A DNA stretch of 64,000 nucleotides from Clostridia bacterium (GCA_050950825.1 JBMNIH010000002.1:96001-160000); one strand, 5' to 3'; positions 28,306 to 39,156 are shown, counted from the stretch's first letter. A program made the numbers and translations. Notes: a model not told the origin generated them from the letters alone.

Positions 28306-29073
28306 ATGACAGACAATAGCCAAAAAAATCGTCCAAATAAAAAGAACGGACAAATCAAATTGGGAGCCCGATTTTATATTCTCCTCGGCATCCTTGTCCT
28401 TTTTATCGGACTTCTTTTCATAATTCCCGATGTTCGCGCCTTCATCGAACGTTTGTGGCATGTCATGAAGAATCCGGATGATCTGCAGCAGTACATTCGC
28501 GAAGAAGGAAAATGGGCGCCCCTTGTATTTATTTTCGTTCAGATCCTCCAAGTGATTATCGCACCGATCCCGGGCAACGTAACAACCCTTGTCGGAGGGC
28601 TTTTGTTCGGCTATACCTTAGGATTTATATACGGAGCAACCGGCTTAATCATAGGATCCTCCTTGGCTTTCGGGCTGGCCCGATACTACGGAAAACCGGT
28701 CATTATCCGCTTTGCCGGTATGGAGCGATATGAAAAATACAGCCGGCTTTTTACAAAGAAGGGCCGCGTTCTTTTGTTCATGCTGTTTTTAATGCCCTTT
28801 TTCCCGGATGATATTCTTTGCTTAATCGCCGGCGTCTCTTCCATGACCTATTGGAATTTTTTGCTTTTTGTCATTTTCGGCCGCTTGCCCGGAGTATTTG
28901 TTACGGTATTCATCGGAAGTGGAAGCTTAAAGCTGCCGGTTTTTGCTTGGGTGTTGCTCGGTTTGGGAACCGGCGTTGTCCTCTATTTTTCCGCTCGCTA
29001 CGGAGAAAAAATCGAAGACTTTCTTTTAACCAAGCTTAAAAAACTGTCTAAAAGCGATTTAAAAGGAGATTAA
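28306..29073 (+). CDS. TVP38/TMEM64 (DedA superfamily, VTT domain) membrane protein
   Basis: QVIIAPIPG, GSSLAFGLARYYG, LMPFFPDDILCLIAG, GRLPG. Confidence 0.85.
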   Translation: MTDNSQKNRPNKKNGQIKLGARFYILLGILVLFIGLLFIIPDVRAFIERLWHVMKNPDDLQQYIREEGKWAPLVFIFVQILQVIIAPIPGNVTTLVGGLLFGYTLGFIYGATGLIIGSSLAFGLARYYGKPVIIRFAGMERYEKYSRLFTKKGRVLLFMLFLMPFFPDDILCLIAGVSSMTYWNFLLFVIFGRLPGVFVTVFIGSGSLKLPVFAWVLLGLGTGVVLYFSARYGEKIEDFLLTKLKKLSKSDLKGD

Positions 29074-32000
29074 CCTCATAATCGACACGGCATAGATATA
29101 GACATTGTTTACTTTTTCGCCGGTGATTCTTTCCAACGCTTTTTTATATAAAGAAAGCTGTACTCCGTACCTTTCCAAGAAGGTTTCCGTAACATTTTCA
29201 AAAATTCGGTCCGTTTTGTAATCCACAACGGTGATTCCTTCTTCGTCTTTGTACCACAAATCGATAATTCCCTGCATCAGGATGGGAGGCATTCCTTCGC
29301 AGGAATCGCACAAGGCTTCTCCTTTAAAGGCGTAGTATTCCGCAGGGTCCAACAGCAAGTAAAAAGGCATTTCACGGCGGTATTCTTTTGCATCCAACCA
29401 CCTTCTTCCGGGCCGTGTGAAGAAAAAGTCGGCTAGCCTCCTGCTGTTTATTACGCTTGCTTGATCCTCACGAATAATCTTTTTCGAAACCATGTCGCGA
29501 ATCAAGTCGTCAATTGTTTCCGTAATTTTTTCACGGCTTCGGTCATTTTTGAACTTTTCGATATCGATATGCTGGTAGATATAGTGAACCGTATTCCCAT
29601 AGTCCAAGTACCGATTGTCCTCGCTTAGGAAAGAAGGTTCTTTAAAAGCGGGATCCTCGCGGACCAAAGGAGTATCCTCGTCGGAAGACTCCTCGTTTCC
29701 CATTCTTTTCAGTTCGGTAACCGTTATTTTCGCCGGAATTTTGGCATAGTCTTGGTAAGGGTATTCCCAATCCAACAAGCTTTTCACGTTTTTCATTACC
29801 GAGGGATCCGGTTCAGGCCATGCCGTTTCTTCCGCCGTTTCCTCTTCCTCCGGATCCGGTACCGAAGGCTCTATGATCTTCATTATGAAATCGGAAAATT
29901 CGTAGCTTATACGGTCTTCCGTTATTTGATAGCGAGGGTTTTTCCATACCCCGTACAAGATCCATTCCAAAAAGCTTTTTCCGTGAGCCAAAAAGGATTG
30001 AGGTACCCGCCGGATATTTAAAAGCTCCAATAAGCGGCATTTTTCGATTACGCCATCGATATCCTTGCTGCATCCTACAAAAAACAGCTTGTTTTTCGCC
30101 CTTGTCGCCGCCACGTACAAAATCCTCATTTCTTCCGCCAAGGATTCTTCTTTATGCTTAATTAAAAGCGCTTCTTTCTGCAGGGTCGTGCAGGTAAATC
30201 TCAGCACGGGATCTACGTAATCCGCTCCGATGCCGTACTTATGGTGTATAACGGCCAAAGAGGATTTTGTTCTGAGATTGAACCCTTTGCCGCATCCGGC
30301 TACAAACACAACCGGAAACTCCAAGCCTTTGCTCTTATGAATGGACATGACACGGACCACGTTTTCGTTTTCCCCTAAGGTAACCGTTCCGGGAGAATCG
30401 GCTTCACTTAAAACCGCTTTATCGATATACCGTAGGAATTGGTAAACGCCGCTCCACCCCAACTTTTTAACACCTTTGGCTTTTTCATACAAAAGCTTTA
30501 AATTGCCGTTTCGTTGAAGTCCCTCCGGCAACGCCGTCACGTAATCCAAATAACCGGTTTCCACATACAAATGCCATAGCAATTCGTCTACCGGAATTTC
30601 TCCCGCCAATTCTCTCCATTTTTTTAACCGCTCCAAAAAGCTTCTCGTCTTCTTTGCCAACAGAGGGTCATAGAGATTTTTTGGTATTTCCTCATGCGAT
30701 TTTTCTCCGTAGCTTTTTAATGCGCTGTAGACGGTATTTTCTCGATCCGTCAAACGGATCTTCGCAACTTCCTCTTCTGTAAAATCGCCGATAGGCGATA
30801 ACAAAACGGCGGTTAAGTATATATCCTGCAAAGGATTGTCAATGATGCGAAGAAGCGCCAATGCGGTATTGACTTCAACGGTGTCATAGTATCCTCCCCC
30901 CACATCGCAATAGGCGGGTATGCCGCATTTGTTTAGCTCCGCCGTAAAAGGCTCCGCCCAATTGGTTTTTACCCTTGTCAATACGGCGAAGTCCTTGTAT
31001 TCGACTTTCCTGTACTCGTTTTTCTTTGCATCGAAAATCTCATAGCCGGATCCCGTCATTTCTTTAATGATTTTGGAAATGACATGTGCTTCCGGTATAC
31101 AGTTTTGCGGTTTTTCTTCGTCTTTATATATTTCATCCAAACGGCTTGTATCAACAACGATGATTTCCGTTTTTTCATCGTCTTTGACGGGTTCGGTTCT
31201 ATCCGATTTCGGAATCAATTTTTCTTCTTCGGTATAGTCGATTTCGAACATTCCACCCGTCATGATCCTTTCAAAGATACGATTGACCGCGTCAATGATA
31301 CAATTTTCGCTTCGGAAGTTTTTGTACAGCTTAATCAAAATACCGGGTTTTTTCGTTTTCGTATCTTCCGAATAGGTTGCAAACTTTTCCAAAAACAACA
31401 AGGGTACCGATTGTCGGAATCGGTATATACTTTGTTTTACGTCTCCCACCATAAAAATGTTGCTTGAGTTCTTGGATACGGCCGTCAAAATGGCTTCCTG
31501 GACATAATTGCTGTCTTGGTATTCGTCAATTAAAATCTCTTCAAAGGTTTCCGAATACTCCCTTGCAATCGGAGACGGCTTCATTCCTTCCGGTGTTTCT
31601 TCATACAAAACCTTTAATGCCATATGCTCAAGGTCGGAAAAATCCAAAAGCCTTCTTTTTTTCTTCTCTTCCGAAAAGGCTTCCTCCAGCAAACGCACCG
31701 TCCGACATAAAGTCTTTAATACGGGGTATTGCTTGTTCATGACCTCTCGTATTTGCTCGTTGCTCCAAGAAAGGTATTTTTCCGTAAGAAGAGCAATCGT
31801 GTCTTTCGCATTTTGTCGAACTCTCTTCACCTGCTCTCGTATCTCTTCGTCGTATTCTCCCTTTATGCGTTTTAGCGTTTTGAAAGATATTTCGCTCGAA
31901 AGATGCAAAAGGTCGTCCCAACACCCGATACCCTTCAAAGCTCCGGCCAGCTGCTCGATGATGCCCGATATCTGTTGTGCATCCGATTTCAACGTTTCCG

Positions 32001-32745
32001 CGTCCTGTAAAAAAGTCGGAATGCTCTCAAGGGTCTCTATAAGCCCTTCCATTTCCATAAGTACGTATTCCAAATTGTCTTTAATATGGCCAATGAGGAT
32101 TTTCCCCCAAAAGGTCCGAGAAAACTCGAAGGATTCATTGACACGGTATTCTTCCACGGCTTTCTCCAATGTTTTTACCGTATCGGGACAGCTTCGGGTA
32201 AATTCATACAAGGTTTCCACCAGCGCCTTTAAGCGTCTGTCATCCTTCCCGTACCCGAAGGTATCCACAAGCAGCGTAAATCCCGGTAAAATATCCTCGG
32301 TATACAAGTCCTCGAACAGCCGGTCCAGTGTTTCATAAAAAATCATGGAGCTTTCGGAGGCGTCCGCCAAACGAAAATCCGAATCCGGATTCAAGAAATG
32401 AAAATTTTCATGAATCACTTTGTTGCAAAAGGAATGGATCGTCATAATATTGGCTTTTTCCATTAAGGCGAATTGGCGCTGAAGACCTTCGTTTTCCGGA
32501 TCCTTTTCCAACATTTCATACAAGCGGTTCTTTACCCGCTCTTTCATTTCCGATGCCGCCGCATTGGTAAAGGTAACGGTAAGCAGACGATTGATGTCTG
32601 TCGGATTTTTTTGATCGGTGATTTTTCTCAATATTCTTTCTACCAAAACCGCCGTTTTGCCGGCACCGGCTGCTGCAGAAACCAAAATATTGGCCCCTCG
32701 GGTTTCAATGGCCTTTATTTGTTCATGAGTCCACTTTGTCGCCAT
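29059..32745 (-). CDS. addA: Helicase-nuclease AddAB subunit AddA
   Basis: SAAAGAGKT, TFTNAAA, DEYQD, VGDVKQSIYRFR, SIHKSKGLEF, YVAATRA, nuclease GIID...VDYKT. Confidence 0.95.
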   Translation of the reverse strand: MATKWTHEQIKAIETRGANILVSAAAGAGKTAVLVERILRKITDQKNPTDINRLLTVTFTNAAASEMKERVKNRLYEMLEKDPENEGLQRQFALMEKANIMTIHSFCNKVIHENFHFLNPDSDFRLADASESSMIFYETLDRLFEDLYTEDILPGFTLLVDTFGYGKDDRRLKALVETLYEFTRSCPDTVKTLEKAVEEYRVNESFEFSRTFWGKILIGHIKDNLEYVLMEMEGLIETLESIPTFLQDAETLKSDAQQISGIIEQLAGALKGIGCWDDLLHLSSEISFKTLKRIKGEYDEEIREQVKRVRQNAKDTIALLTEKYLSWSNEQIREVMNKQYPVLKTLCRTVRLLEEAFSEEKKKRRLLDFSDLEHMALKVLYEETPEGMKPSPIAREYSETFEEILIDEYQDSNYVQEAILTAVSKNSSNIFMVGDVKQSIYRFRQSVPLLFLEKFATYSEDTKTKKPGILIKLYKNFRSENCIIDAVNRIFERIMTGGMFEIDYTEEEKLIPKSDRTEPVKDDEKTEIIVVDTSRLDEIYKDEEKPQNCIPEAHVISKIIKEMTGSGYEIFDAKKNEYRKVEYKDFAVLTRVKTNWAEPFTAELNKCGIPAYCDVGGGYYDTVEVNTALALLRIIDNPLQDIYLTAVLLSPIGDFTEEEVAKIRLTDRENTVYSALKSYGEKSHEEIPKNLYDPLLAKKTRSFLERLKKWRELAGEIPVDELLWHLYVETGYLDYVTALPEGLQRNGNLKLLYEKAKGVKKLGWSGVYQFLRYIDKAVLSEADSPGTVTLGENENVVRVMSIHKSKGLEFPVVFVAGCGKGFNLRTKSSLAVIHHKYGIGADYVDPVLRFTCTTLQKEALLIKHKEESLAEEMRILYVAATRAKNKLFFVGCSKDIDGVIEKCRLLELLNIRRVPQSFLAHGKSFLEWILYGVWKNPRYQITEDRISYEFSDFIMKIIEPSVPDPEEEETAEETAWPEPDPSVMKNVKSLLDWEYPYQDYAKIPAKITVTELKRMGNEESSDEDTPLVREDPAFKEPSFLSEDNRYLDYGNTVHYIYQHIDIEKFKNDRSREKITETIDDLIRDMVSKKIIREDQASVINSRRLADFFFTRPGRRWLDAKEYRREMPFYLLLDPAEYYAFKGEALCDSCEGMPPILMQGIIDLWYKDEEGITVVDYKTDRIFENVTETFLERYGVQLSLYKKALERITGEKVNNVYIYAVSIMRLISF

Positions 32746-35700
32746 CGTTACGCTCCTTGTTCAGTTTTTCCGAAATCCGCCGGAGAATTTCATTTTTCTC
32801 CAGCTTGGGAAGGAAATTGTATCGACATCCTCGAAGGTCGGGGTCAAACCCGCACAGCCCCTTGTAAAGGCAATATTGGCAGCCCTTGTAATCTCCCTTT
32901 AATACGGGATAGCGTCGAATGTCGCCTTTTCCGATATCGTTGACAATGTTTTTCAATAAGTATTCGGTATACTCTTCCATGATTTTAAATTCTTCCAAGG
33001 AAGCGGTGTCGGAATTTTTTGAAAAACTTCCGTCCTTGTTTCGTTTCACGTTGATAATAATAGATCGGTCCGAAAAGCTTCTATCCATGGCTTTGATTAC
33101 CGGCTCCTGATCCAACACAAGTCCTTTTAACATTAATTGCTTTGCCACAAGCTGCTCGATTTCCGAAGGATCCGCACCGTATCGGGTTTTTACGACGGGG
33201 TCATCGATGTTGTAATACAGTATTCCTGCAGGGATTACTTGACGAATGCCGAAAACAAGCTTAAAGTAATCTTGGTTTTCCAAAAGAGCTTTTAAATATA
33301 CCGGCAGCTGCATTTGCAGTCCGTAATAGAAATCCTCTAAGGAGAAGTCTTTGGTCCCCGTTTTATAGTCAATGATGCGGATATAGGCGGTGTCGTCCTG
33401 TTTATACATATCCAGTCGGTCGATCTTTCCGGATAAAATCCCCTTGCTATGCTCTCCGATAATTTCAACCGGTTTCAATCCTCTTTTGCCTCCGAAGGTC
33501 ATTTCTTGACGGACGGGACGAAAATCTCCTCCGGTAATATGCCCTAAAAGAGTCTTCGCCGTTAAGCTCAACGTATTGCCGTATCGATCCAGTAAATACT
33601 CGTTTCTTTTAGAGGATAAAACGTTCTTTCCCCAAACAATGGCCGCGGCACGTTTCATTTCTTCCGCAATACACCGGTTCAAATAATCATCCGATATATC
33701 GCGATAATCCGGCCGAATTTCTTGGATATGTCGGAAAAACATCTCCAAAACCGTATGGGCAACGGACCCGATACCCAAAGGCGTGATTTTTGAAACCTCT
33801 CGTTCCTTCGCCCTTATGCCGTACTCTAAAAAGAAAGAGAAAGGACAGGTTACGTAAGATTCAAAAGCCGAAACGCTGCCGATCAGCGGACGGCCGAAAA
33901 GCTCTTCCGCCAGACGAGCATCCATCGACTTATCGATATATGTCATGTTATAGGCTTTGTAAAGAAGGCGAACCCGTTCCGCCCAATCCTCCTTTTCTTC
34001 AAACCATTTCCTTACGGCATACCAGCCGGGCTCCTTATGCAAGCGCTCCTTGTCCGCCATTGCCCTTATCCATTCTTTAAAGGTGGATTCCGGCGTACCG
34101 ATGCATTCCTCGAAGGACTTGTCTTTTTTGCTGACATTGCCTTCCATGGAAAGGGCGGAAAAAAGTCTTTTGATAACGGTGAAAACATAAGCCGGCCTAA
34201 GGTTTGCCCCCTTCATGTCCATGGAGGAGCAGCTGATAAAAAGCTTTTCCGAAGGAAGGCACAAGGTTTTATATAAAATGTATTTCGTCTCAAAGGTTCG
34301 GCTCAAGGTGTCCGGTGCCAACTCGATTCGGTGTTTTTCCAATAGACTCCTGTCGCCGTCCGATAAAATACCCTCGTCAAGGTTGATTCCCGGAAACTTT
34401 CCTTCGTTGGCTCCCAATATGAATACGGCTTTTACCTTACGGTTCATGGACCGCTGCACGTTTCCTACGTTCACTTGCTCCAAAGCCGGAGGCACGCTGC
34501 CGGATTCGTAGCCGGTTATACCGGATTCGATGAAATCTCTGTACCGAAGTACGGTATATTTTCGGTCTTTTAAGACATCCGTCGCCGTATCCAATAAATT
34601 CATGAAAGCGTTGTAGGCGGAAATGAAACGATTGGCATTCTCAAGGTTTCCTTCCTCCTTGAACTTTGCCGTCATTTTTTTATAATTTCTTAATACGCCG
34701 TATTGATCCAAAAATCCGTAAAGCCTAAAAAAGAAGGTTTTCGGATCGGACCTTGTCGGAAGTCCGTTGAAAAATGCTCTTATCTCCTCGATTACCGCAT
34801 TTTTAATAATATTGATGTCGTCCTCGTTAAACAGGACGACGGAATTTCCTTGTTCCTTTATGAAATTCCATTCGATTTCTTCATTCCACCAAGAGCCTTG
34901 GATCCCGAATTTCAGTACGTAGTTTTCCAACATATCGATCTCTTCCATAGAGACATCCGTAAGTCCCGTTTTCAACAAAGAGAAAATATCTTCGGAACGA
35001 TATCGATAGATATGGATGGAAAAGAGCGTACGGACGAATACAATCAATGGATTGTCGTCAATGGGTTTTTTCATATCGATAAAATACGGGATACGGTATT
35101 GGGTAAAAATCGAGCGAATATAGCTTTCGTAGTTTTCCATATCGGAACAAACAACGGAAATATCGCCGTATTTGTACCCCGAATCTCGTACCAGCCTCGT
35201 GATTAGAGATGCCGTTTCCCGAATTTCTTCGTAGATGTTTTCATAGATGTTTAGCCTGATATTTCGGACCGGTTCCTCGTACACTTTGGATGCGGCCGAG
35301 AAAAGGTTTTGTTCCAAATGAACAAGCTCTTTCGAGGCAAATCCTCGGGAAGAATCGGCTAATTTTAACGGTTTTTCAAAAGGCAAATTTTTCTCTTTTG
35401 CCAAAACCATAATCTTCTCGCAGGTGCGTATTACGGGGTAAAACAGCTCTCCAATAATAACTCTCTCGTCGGAGATTCGGTCGGTACAAGCGGTGATATT
35501 CACTCTTTGCGCATTCTCCATCAACCGATGTATCACTTCGTATTCGCAAGGAGTAAAGCCGTCAAATCCGTCGATCCATATTTCGTAATCGGTAAACAAG
35601 CGATCCTCCCGAATGGTTTGTGCCAACCAATACAAAGAATCGTCCGGATCCGTCAGATCCTCTATGGCCTTTTGGTACGCCCCGTATAAAAGAGCAAGAT

Positions 35701-36172
35701 CATGAACTTTACCGTAGATGCTCGTGTTTTTATCCATTGAATTCAAGCATTCCTTAAGCTTTTCCTCTCGGACACCGTACCGCTTGAATTCGCTGATTAA
35801 GCTTGACAACCGGTTTATAAACGATACGGGGTCCTCCAAGCCTCCGTAAAGCATAAGCCGGTCTTTTTCTTGAAACAGAATATCGGTGAGTATCAAATTT
35901 TTGCCGGCCTTATTCACCTGCTTTTCATTGACGATGCCGTACTTGTTTTTCACCCAAAAGGAAAGCCTTTTAAAGCTGCACACCAAAACATCCGCCGCTA
36001 TTTTTTCGCCGCCGATAGACAAAAGCTCCATTTCGCTTTGAAAGGAGAACTGCTCCGGTACAATCAACATGTAATTTACGTCGGGATTGCGAAGCCTTCT
36101 TTCGCATATTTGGTTCAAGCAGGCTCGGCTTTTCCCGCTTCCGGCTCTACCGTATATAAATCGTATGCTCAC
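32723..36172 (-). CDS. addB: Helicase-nuclease AddAB subunit AddB
   Basis: GRAGSGKS, VPEQFSF, TCPF, GKIDRLD...IIDYKTG, C-terminal CQYC...LCGFD Fe-S ligands. Confidence 0.95.
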   Translation of the reverse strand: MSIRFIYGRAGSGKSRACLNQICERRLRNPDVNYMLIVPEQFSFQSEMELLSIGGEKIAADVLVCSFKRLSFWVKNKYGIVNEKQVNKAGKNLILTDILFQEKDRLMLYGGLEDPVSFINRLSSLISEFKRYGVREEKLKECLNSMDKNTSIYGKVHDLALLYGAYQKAIEDLTDPDDSLYWLAQTIREDRLFTDYEIWIDGFDGFTPCEYEVIHRLMENAQRVNITACTDRISDERVIIGELFYPVIRTCEKIMVLAKEKNLPFEKPLKLADSSRGFASKELVHLEQNLFSAASKVYEEPVRNIRLNIYENIYEEIRETASLITRLVRDSGYKYGDISVVCSDMENYESYIRSIFTQYRIPYFIDMKKPIDDNPLIVFVRTLFSIHIYRYRSEDIFSLLKTGLTDVSMEEIDMLENYVLKFGIQGSWWNEEIEWNFIKEQGNSVVLFNEDDINIIKNAVIEEIRAFFNGLPTRSDPKTFFFRLYGFLDQYGVLRNYKKMTAKFKEEGNLENANRFISAYNAFMNLLDTATDVLKDRKYTVLRYRDFIESGITGYESGSVPPALEQVNVGNVQRSMNRKVKAVFILGANEGKFPGINLDEGILSDGDRSLLEKHRIELAPDTLSRTFETKYILYKTLCLPSEKLFISCSSMDMKGANLRPAYVFTVIKRLFSALSMEGNVSKKDKSFEECIGTPESTFKEWIRAMADKERLHKEPGWYAVRKWFEEKEDWAERVRLLYKAYNMTYIDKSMDARLAEELFGRPLIGSVSAFESYVTCPFSFFLEYGIRAKEREVSKITPLGIGSVAHTVLEMFFRHIQEIRPDYRDISDDYLNRCIAEEMKRAAAIVWGKNVLSSKRNEYLLDRYGNTLSLTAKTLLGHITGGDFRPVRQEMTFGGKRGLKPVEIIGEHSKGILSGKIDRLDMYKQDDTAYIRIIDYKTGTKDFSLEDFYYGLQMQLPVYLKALLENQDYFKLVFGIRQVIPAGILYYNIDDPVVKTRYGADPSEIEQLVAKQLMLKGLVLDQEPVIKAMDRSFSDRSIIINVKRNKDGSFSKNSDTASLEEFKIMEEYTEYLLKNIVNDIGKGDIRRYPVLKGDYKGCQYCLYKGLCGFDPDLRGCRYNFLPKLEKNEILRRISEKLNKERNDGDKVDS

Positions 36173-36302
36173 TGTAAACTCCTAACCTCTAATAATGATG
36201 GATTCGCTACTATTATAGCATATGGTTATTGTCTCATACCGCCTTTTCATATACAATAAAGTACGGTACCGAAAGAAAGCAAAAAAAGAACGGAGCTTAT
36301 TT

Positions 36303-36836
36303 ATGAACGGATTAGGAAATGAAAGAGAATTGGTTCAAGACAAATTGGTTTTACTTTATATTCTGAAAAAATTAGATATGCCGATTACCAACCGTCAGCT
36401 GACCCAGCTGGTTCTTTCCCATCGCCTTATGAATTACTTTATCATGCAGCAAATGCTGTTGGAATTGATCGACAGCGGCTACGTAGACGCCCAAATCGAT
36501 GAAAACAAAGAACAAATAAAAATATCGCAGCAGGGTATCGATGTGCTTCAATACTTTATCGGTATGATACCCCCTTACCTTAAATTGAAAGTAGATACCA
36601 AAGTGTTACCGGATAACTCCATCGATAAGTTAACAAAGTATGCCACCGGGGAATACTATCCCGTAGGCCTTAAAAACTTTAACGTTCTTTTGAACATCAA
36701 CCGGTCGGAAGAACATAACATGAAGATTACGTTAACGGTGGATGATTTGGACCTGGCCAAGAAAATTACGAAAAATTGGAACGAAAAATCCGATCTTTTG
36801 GCCGATCGGATTCTCGATATATTAAAAGATTCATAA
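36303..36836 (+). CDS. DUF4364-like winged-helix protein
   Basis: KLVLLYILKKLDMPITNRQL...MNYF motif resembles this Clostridial family. ATG 36303 with SD GGAG. Confidence 0.65.
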   Translation: MNGLGNERELVQDKLVLLYILKKLDMPITNRQLTQLVLSHRLMNYFIMQQMLLELIDSGYVDAQIDENKEQIKISQQGIDVLQYFIGMIPPYLKLKVDTKVLPDNSIDKLTKYATGEYYPVGLKNFNVLLNINRSEEHNMKITLTVDDLDLAKKITKNWNEKSDLLADRILDILKDS

Positions 36837-36839
36837 ATC

Positions 36840-37127
36840 TCAGAGCATAATAATCGGTTCTTCCTCGTTTCTCTTGTACAAAACGAATTTTCTGCCGATG
36901 ACTTGCACTACCTCCGCCCCGGTTTGTCTTGCGATTTCATCGCTGATTTGCTTGGTGCTTTCCGGTACGTTTCTTAAGACGGATATTTTAACAAGTTCCT
37001 TATCAAATAATTCCCTGCGAGCTTCGTTGATCACGTTCTCGTTGATGCCGCCTTTCCCTATTTGTATCGTCGGGTCCAAACGGTTGCCCATCTTTCTCAG
37101 CATGGCTCTTTGTTTGCCGTTGATCAT
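36840..37127 (-). CDS. yhbY: Ribosome assembly RNA-binding protein YhbY (CRM domain)
   Basis: KQRAMLR, QIGKGGI, ELVKISVL, VQVIGRKFVLY. Confidence 0.92.
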   Translation of the reverse strand: MINGKQRAMLRKMGNRLDPTIQIGKGGINENVINEARRELFDKELVKISVLRNVPESTKQISDEIARQTGAEVVQVIGRKFVLYKRNEEEPIIML

Positions 37128-37131
37128 TCAT

Positions 37132-38406
37132 TCACCTCCTGTATTCAAATTCAAAATCAATAAAGCGGACCGTATCTCCTTCTTGTATTCCTAAATCCTC
37201 CAATTCGTCGATAATACCGATTCTTCGTATGATTTTTTGGAAATAGCCCATGGATTCAAAATCGCCAAAGTTCGTGGAATTTAAGATTCTCTCTGCACGC
37301 TTTCCTTCCACGACAAATACGTCTCCTTCTTTTCTTACGGTATATCCTTTGTCCTCCTCGACGGTAAACAGAATTTCCTCCTCCGTTTGGTCGTACAAAA
37401 CAGGCTTCGGAATATCCTTCAAAAGCTCGGCCGCATAATGCATCAGCTCTTTTAAGCCCTTGCCTGTTGCGGCGGATACGGGAAATACCTTATGACCTGT
37501 GGATTCTAACTCTTTTACGAAGTGATCGATCAGCTCCGCATCGTCCAATACGTCGCATTTGTTGGCCGCGATGATTTGCGGTTTTTCGGACAAAATCTTG
37601 CTGTATCTCGACAGTTCTTCGTTAATATGATGGAATGCATCCAAGGGTTCTTCTTTACCGTATCCGGATACGTCCACAACATGAATGATCAAGCGGGTTC
37701 TTTCAATGTGTCTTAAAAATTGATGACCTAAACCCGCACCTTGATGGGCACCCTCAATCAATCCCGGTATGTCCGCCAGTACAAACCTCGTATCGTCTCC
37801 TAAGGATACGATACCTAAATTCGGGGACAAGGTGGTAAATTCATAATCCGCAATTTTCGGTTGAGCGTTGGTCACTTTGGACAAAATGGTGGATTTCCCT
37901 ACATTGGGATACCCCACCAAGCCTACGTCCGCCAAAAGCTTTAGCTCCAACCGAACCCACATGGAATCTCCCTTTACACCGCTTTGTGCAAAATTGGGTA
38001 TTTGTCTTGTAGGGGTTGCAAAATGACGATTTCCTTTTCCTCCCCTTCCGCCTCTTAATACCGTGACTTCTTGTCCGTTAACATTCAGGTCGGCAATAAC
38101 TCTGTCCGTTTCGGCATCTTTGATAACGGTACCTACGGGAACCTCGATAATGATGGAATTCCCGCTTTTACCGCTGCAGTTGGCTCCTTGTCCGTTATGG
38201 CCGTTTTCGGCTGCGTATTTTCTTTTATATTTAAAATTCAAAAGCGTATTCATCGCGTCGGTCGCTTTAAATATAACATCGCCGCCGCGTCCGCCGTCGC
38301 CGCCGTCCGGTCCACCGTTGGGTATAAATTTCTCCCTTCGGAAGGATACCGCACCGTTTCCGCCGTCGCCGGATTTTATGAATATTCTTGCACTGTCGAT
38401 AAACAT
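37132..38406 (-). CDS. obgE: GTPase ObgE
   Basis: MFIDSARI, Gly-rich Obg domain, GYPNVGKST, DIPG, NKCD, C-terminal OCT domain. Confidence 0.96.
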   Translation of the reverse strand: MFIDSARIFIKSGDGGNGAVSFRREKFIPNGGPDGGDGGRGGDVIFKATDAMNTLLNFKYKRKYAAENGHNGQGANCSGKSGNSIIIEVPVGTVIKDAETDRVIADLNVNGQEVTVLRGGRGGKGNRHFATPTRQIPNFAQSGVKGDSMWVRLELKLLADVGLVGYPNVGKSTILSKVTNAQPKIADYEFTTLSPNLGIVSLGDDTRFVLADIPGLIEGAHQGAGLGHQFLRHIERTRLIIHVVDVSGYGKEEPLDAFHHINEELSRYSKILSEKPQIIAANKCDVLDDAELIDHFVKELESTGHKVFPVSAATGKGLKELMHYAAELLKDIPKPVLYDQTEEEILFTVEEDKGYTVRKEGDVFVVEGKRAERILNSTNFGDFESMGYFQKIIRRIGIIDELEDLGIQEGDTVRFIDFEFEYRR

Positions 38407-38425
38407 ATTCTTCCTCTTATCTGTC

Positions 38426-38452
38426 AAAAAACCCCTTGTCTCCAAGGGGTTA
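38426..38452 (-). terminator. Terminator/attenuator after rpmA
   Basis: Minus strand AACCCCTTG-GAGA-CAAGGGG followed by TTTTT. Confidence 0.75.
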
Positions 38453-38456
38453 AGAT

Positions 38457-38714
38457 TTATTGTTCTACGATTACGCTGACTTGCTTTCTGTCTTTACCAA
38501 GTCTCGAGAATTTTACGATGCCGTCCGCTACTGCGTACAAGGTATCGTCTTTTCCTTTTTTAACGTTCAAACCCGGATGAATTTTGGTCCCTCTCTGTCT
38601 TACCAAAATATTACCGGCTAAAACGAATTGACCGTCTGCACGTTTAACGCCGAGTCGTTTCGATTCGCTGTCTCTACCGTTTCGAGAGCTTCCTACGCCT
38701 TTTTTATGTGCCAT
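38457..38714 (-). CDS. rpmA: 50S ribosomal protein L27 (no N-terminal pro-peptide)
   Basis: [24 protein letters not shown]...[22 protein letters not shown]. Confidence 0.97.
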   Translation of the reverse strand: MAHKKGVGSSRNGRDSESKRLGVKRADGQFVLAGNILVRQRGTKIHPGLNVKKGKDDTLYAVADGIVKFSRLGKDRKQVSVIVEQ

Positions 38715-38753
38715 TAAGAGAACACCTCCTTATGTCGGATTCATCATTTCAAA

Positions 38754-39074
38754 TTATTCGTTAGCAGGGAATATCAATTGATCAATGCGTACTTTCGTAT
38801 GCGGTTGTCTGTGTCCTTGCTTTTTCGCATAATTCTTTTTCGATTTGTACTTGAAAACAATAATTTTCTTGTCTTTTCCTTGACCTAAAACGGTTGCTTT
38901 CACGGATGCGCCTTGGATATACGGAGTTCCCCATATGATGTTGGTATCGTCCGATAAAGCCAAAACCTTATCGAATGCATACTCTCCTTCATCTACGCCG
39001 AGCTTTTCTACGAAAATGACGTCATCCTGCTGTACCTTATATTGTTTTCCGCCTGTTTCAATTATTGCAAACAC
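38754..39074 (-). CDS. rplU: 50S ribosomal protein L21
   Basis: AIIETGGKQYKV...KKQGHRQPHT; GTG start. Confidence 0.97.
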   Translation of the reverse strand: MFAIIETGGKQYKVQQDDVIFVEKLGVDEGEYAFDKVLALSDDTNIIWGTPYIQGASVKATVLGQGKDKKIIVFKYKSKKNYAKKQGHRQPHTKVRIDQLIFPANE

Positions 39075-39095
39075 TTACGTTGCACCTCCTCTGTC

Positions 39096-39156
39096 CTGTC
39101 TCGCCTAGTCGGGCAGCATTTTTACATGCTTTTAAAGCCTTTTTAGAGCGGCTACC
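39096..39156 (-). ncRNA. Putative L21 leader cis-regulatory RNA
   Basis: GTAGCCGCTC...CCCGACTAGGCGAG directly upstream of rplU, resembling the Firmicutes L21 leader. Needs a covariance-model check. Confidence 0.5.

Noticed and set aside
31508-32338. 276-aa antisense ORF
   Set aside because: Ser-rich shadow of addA.
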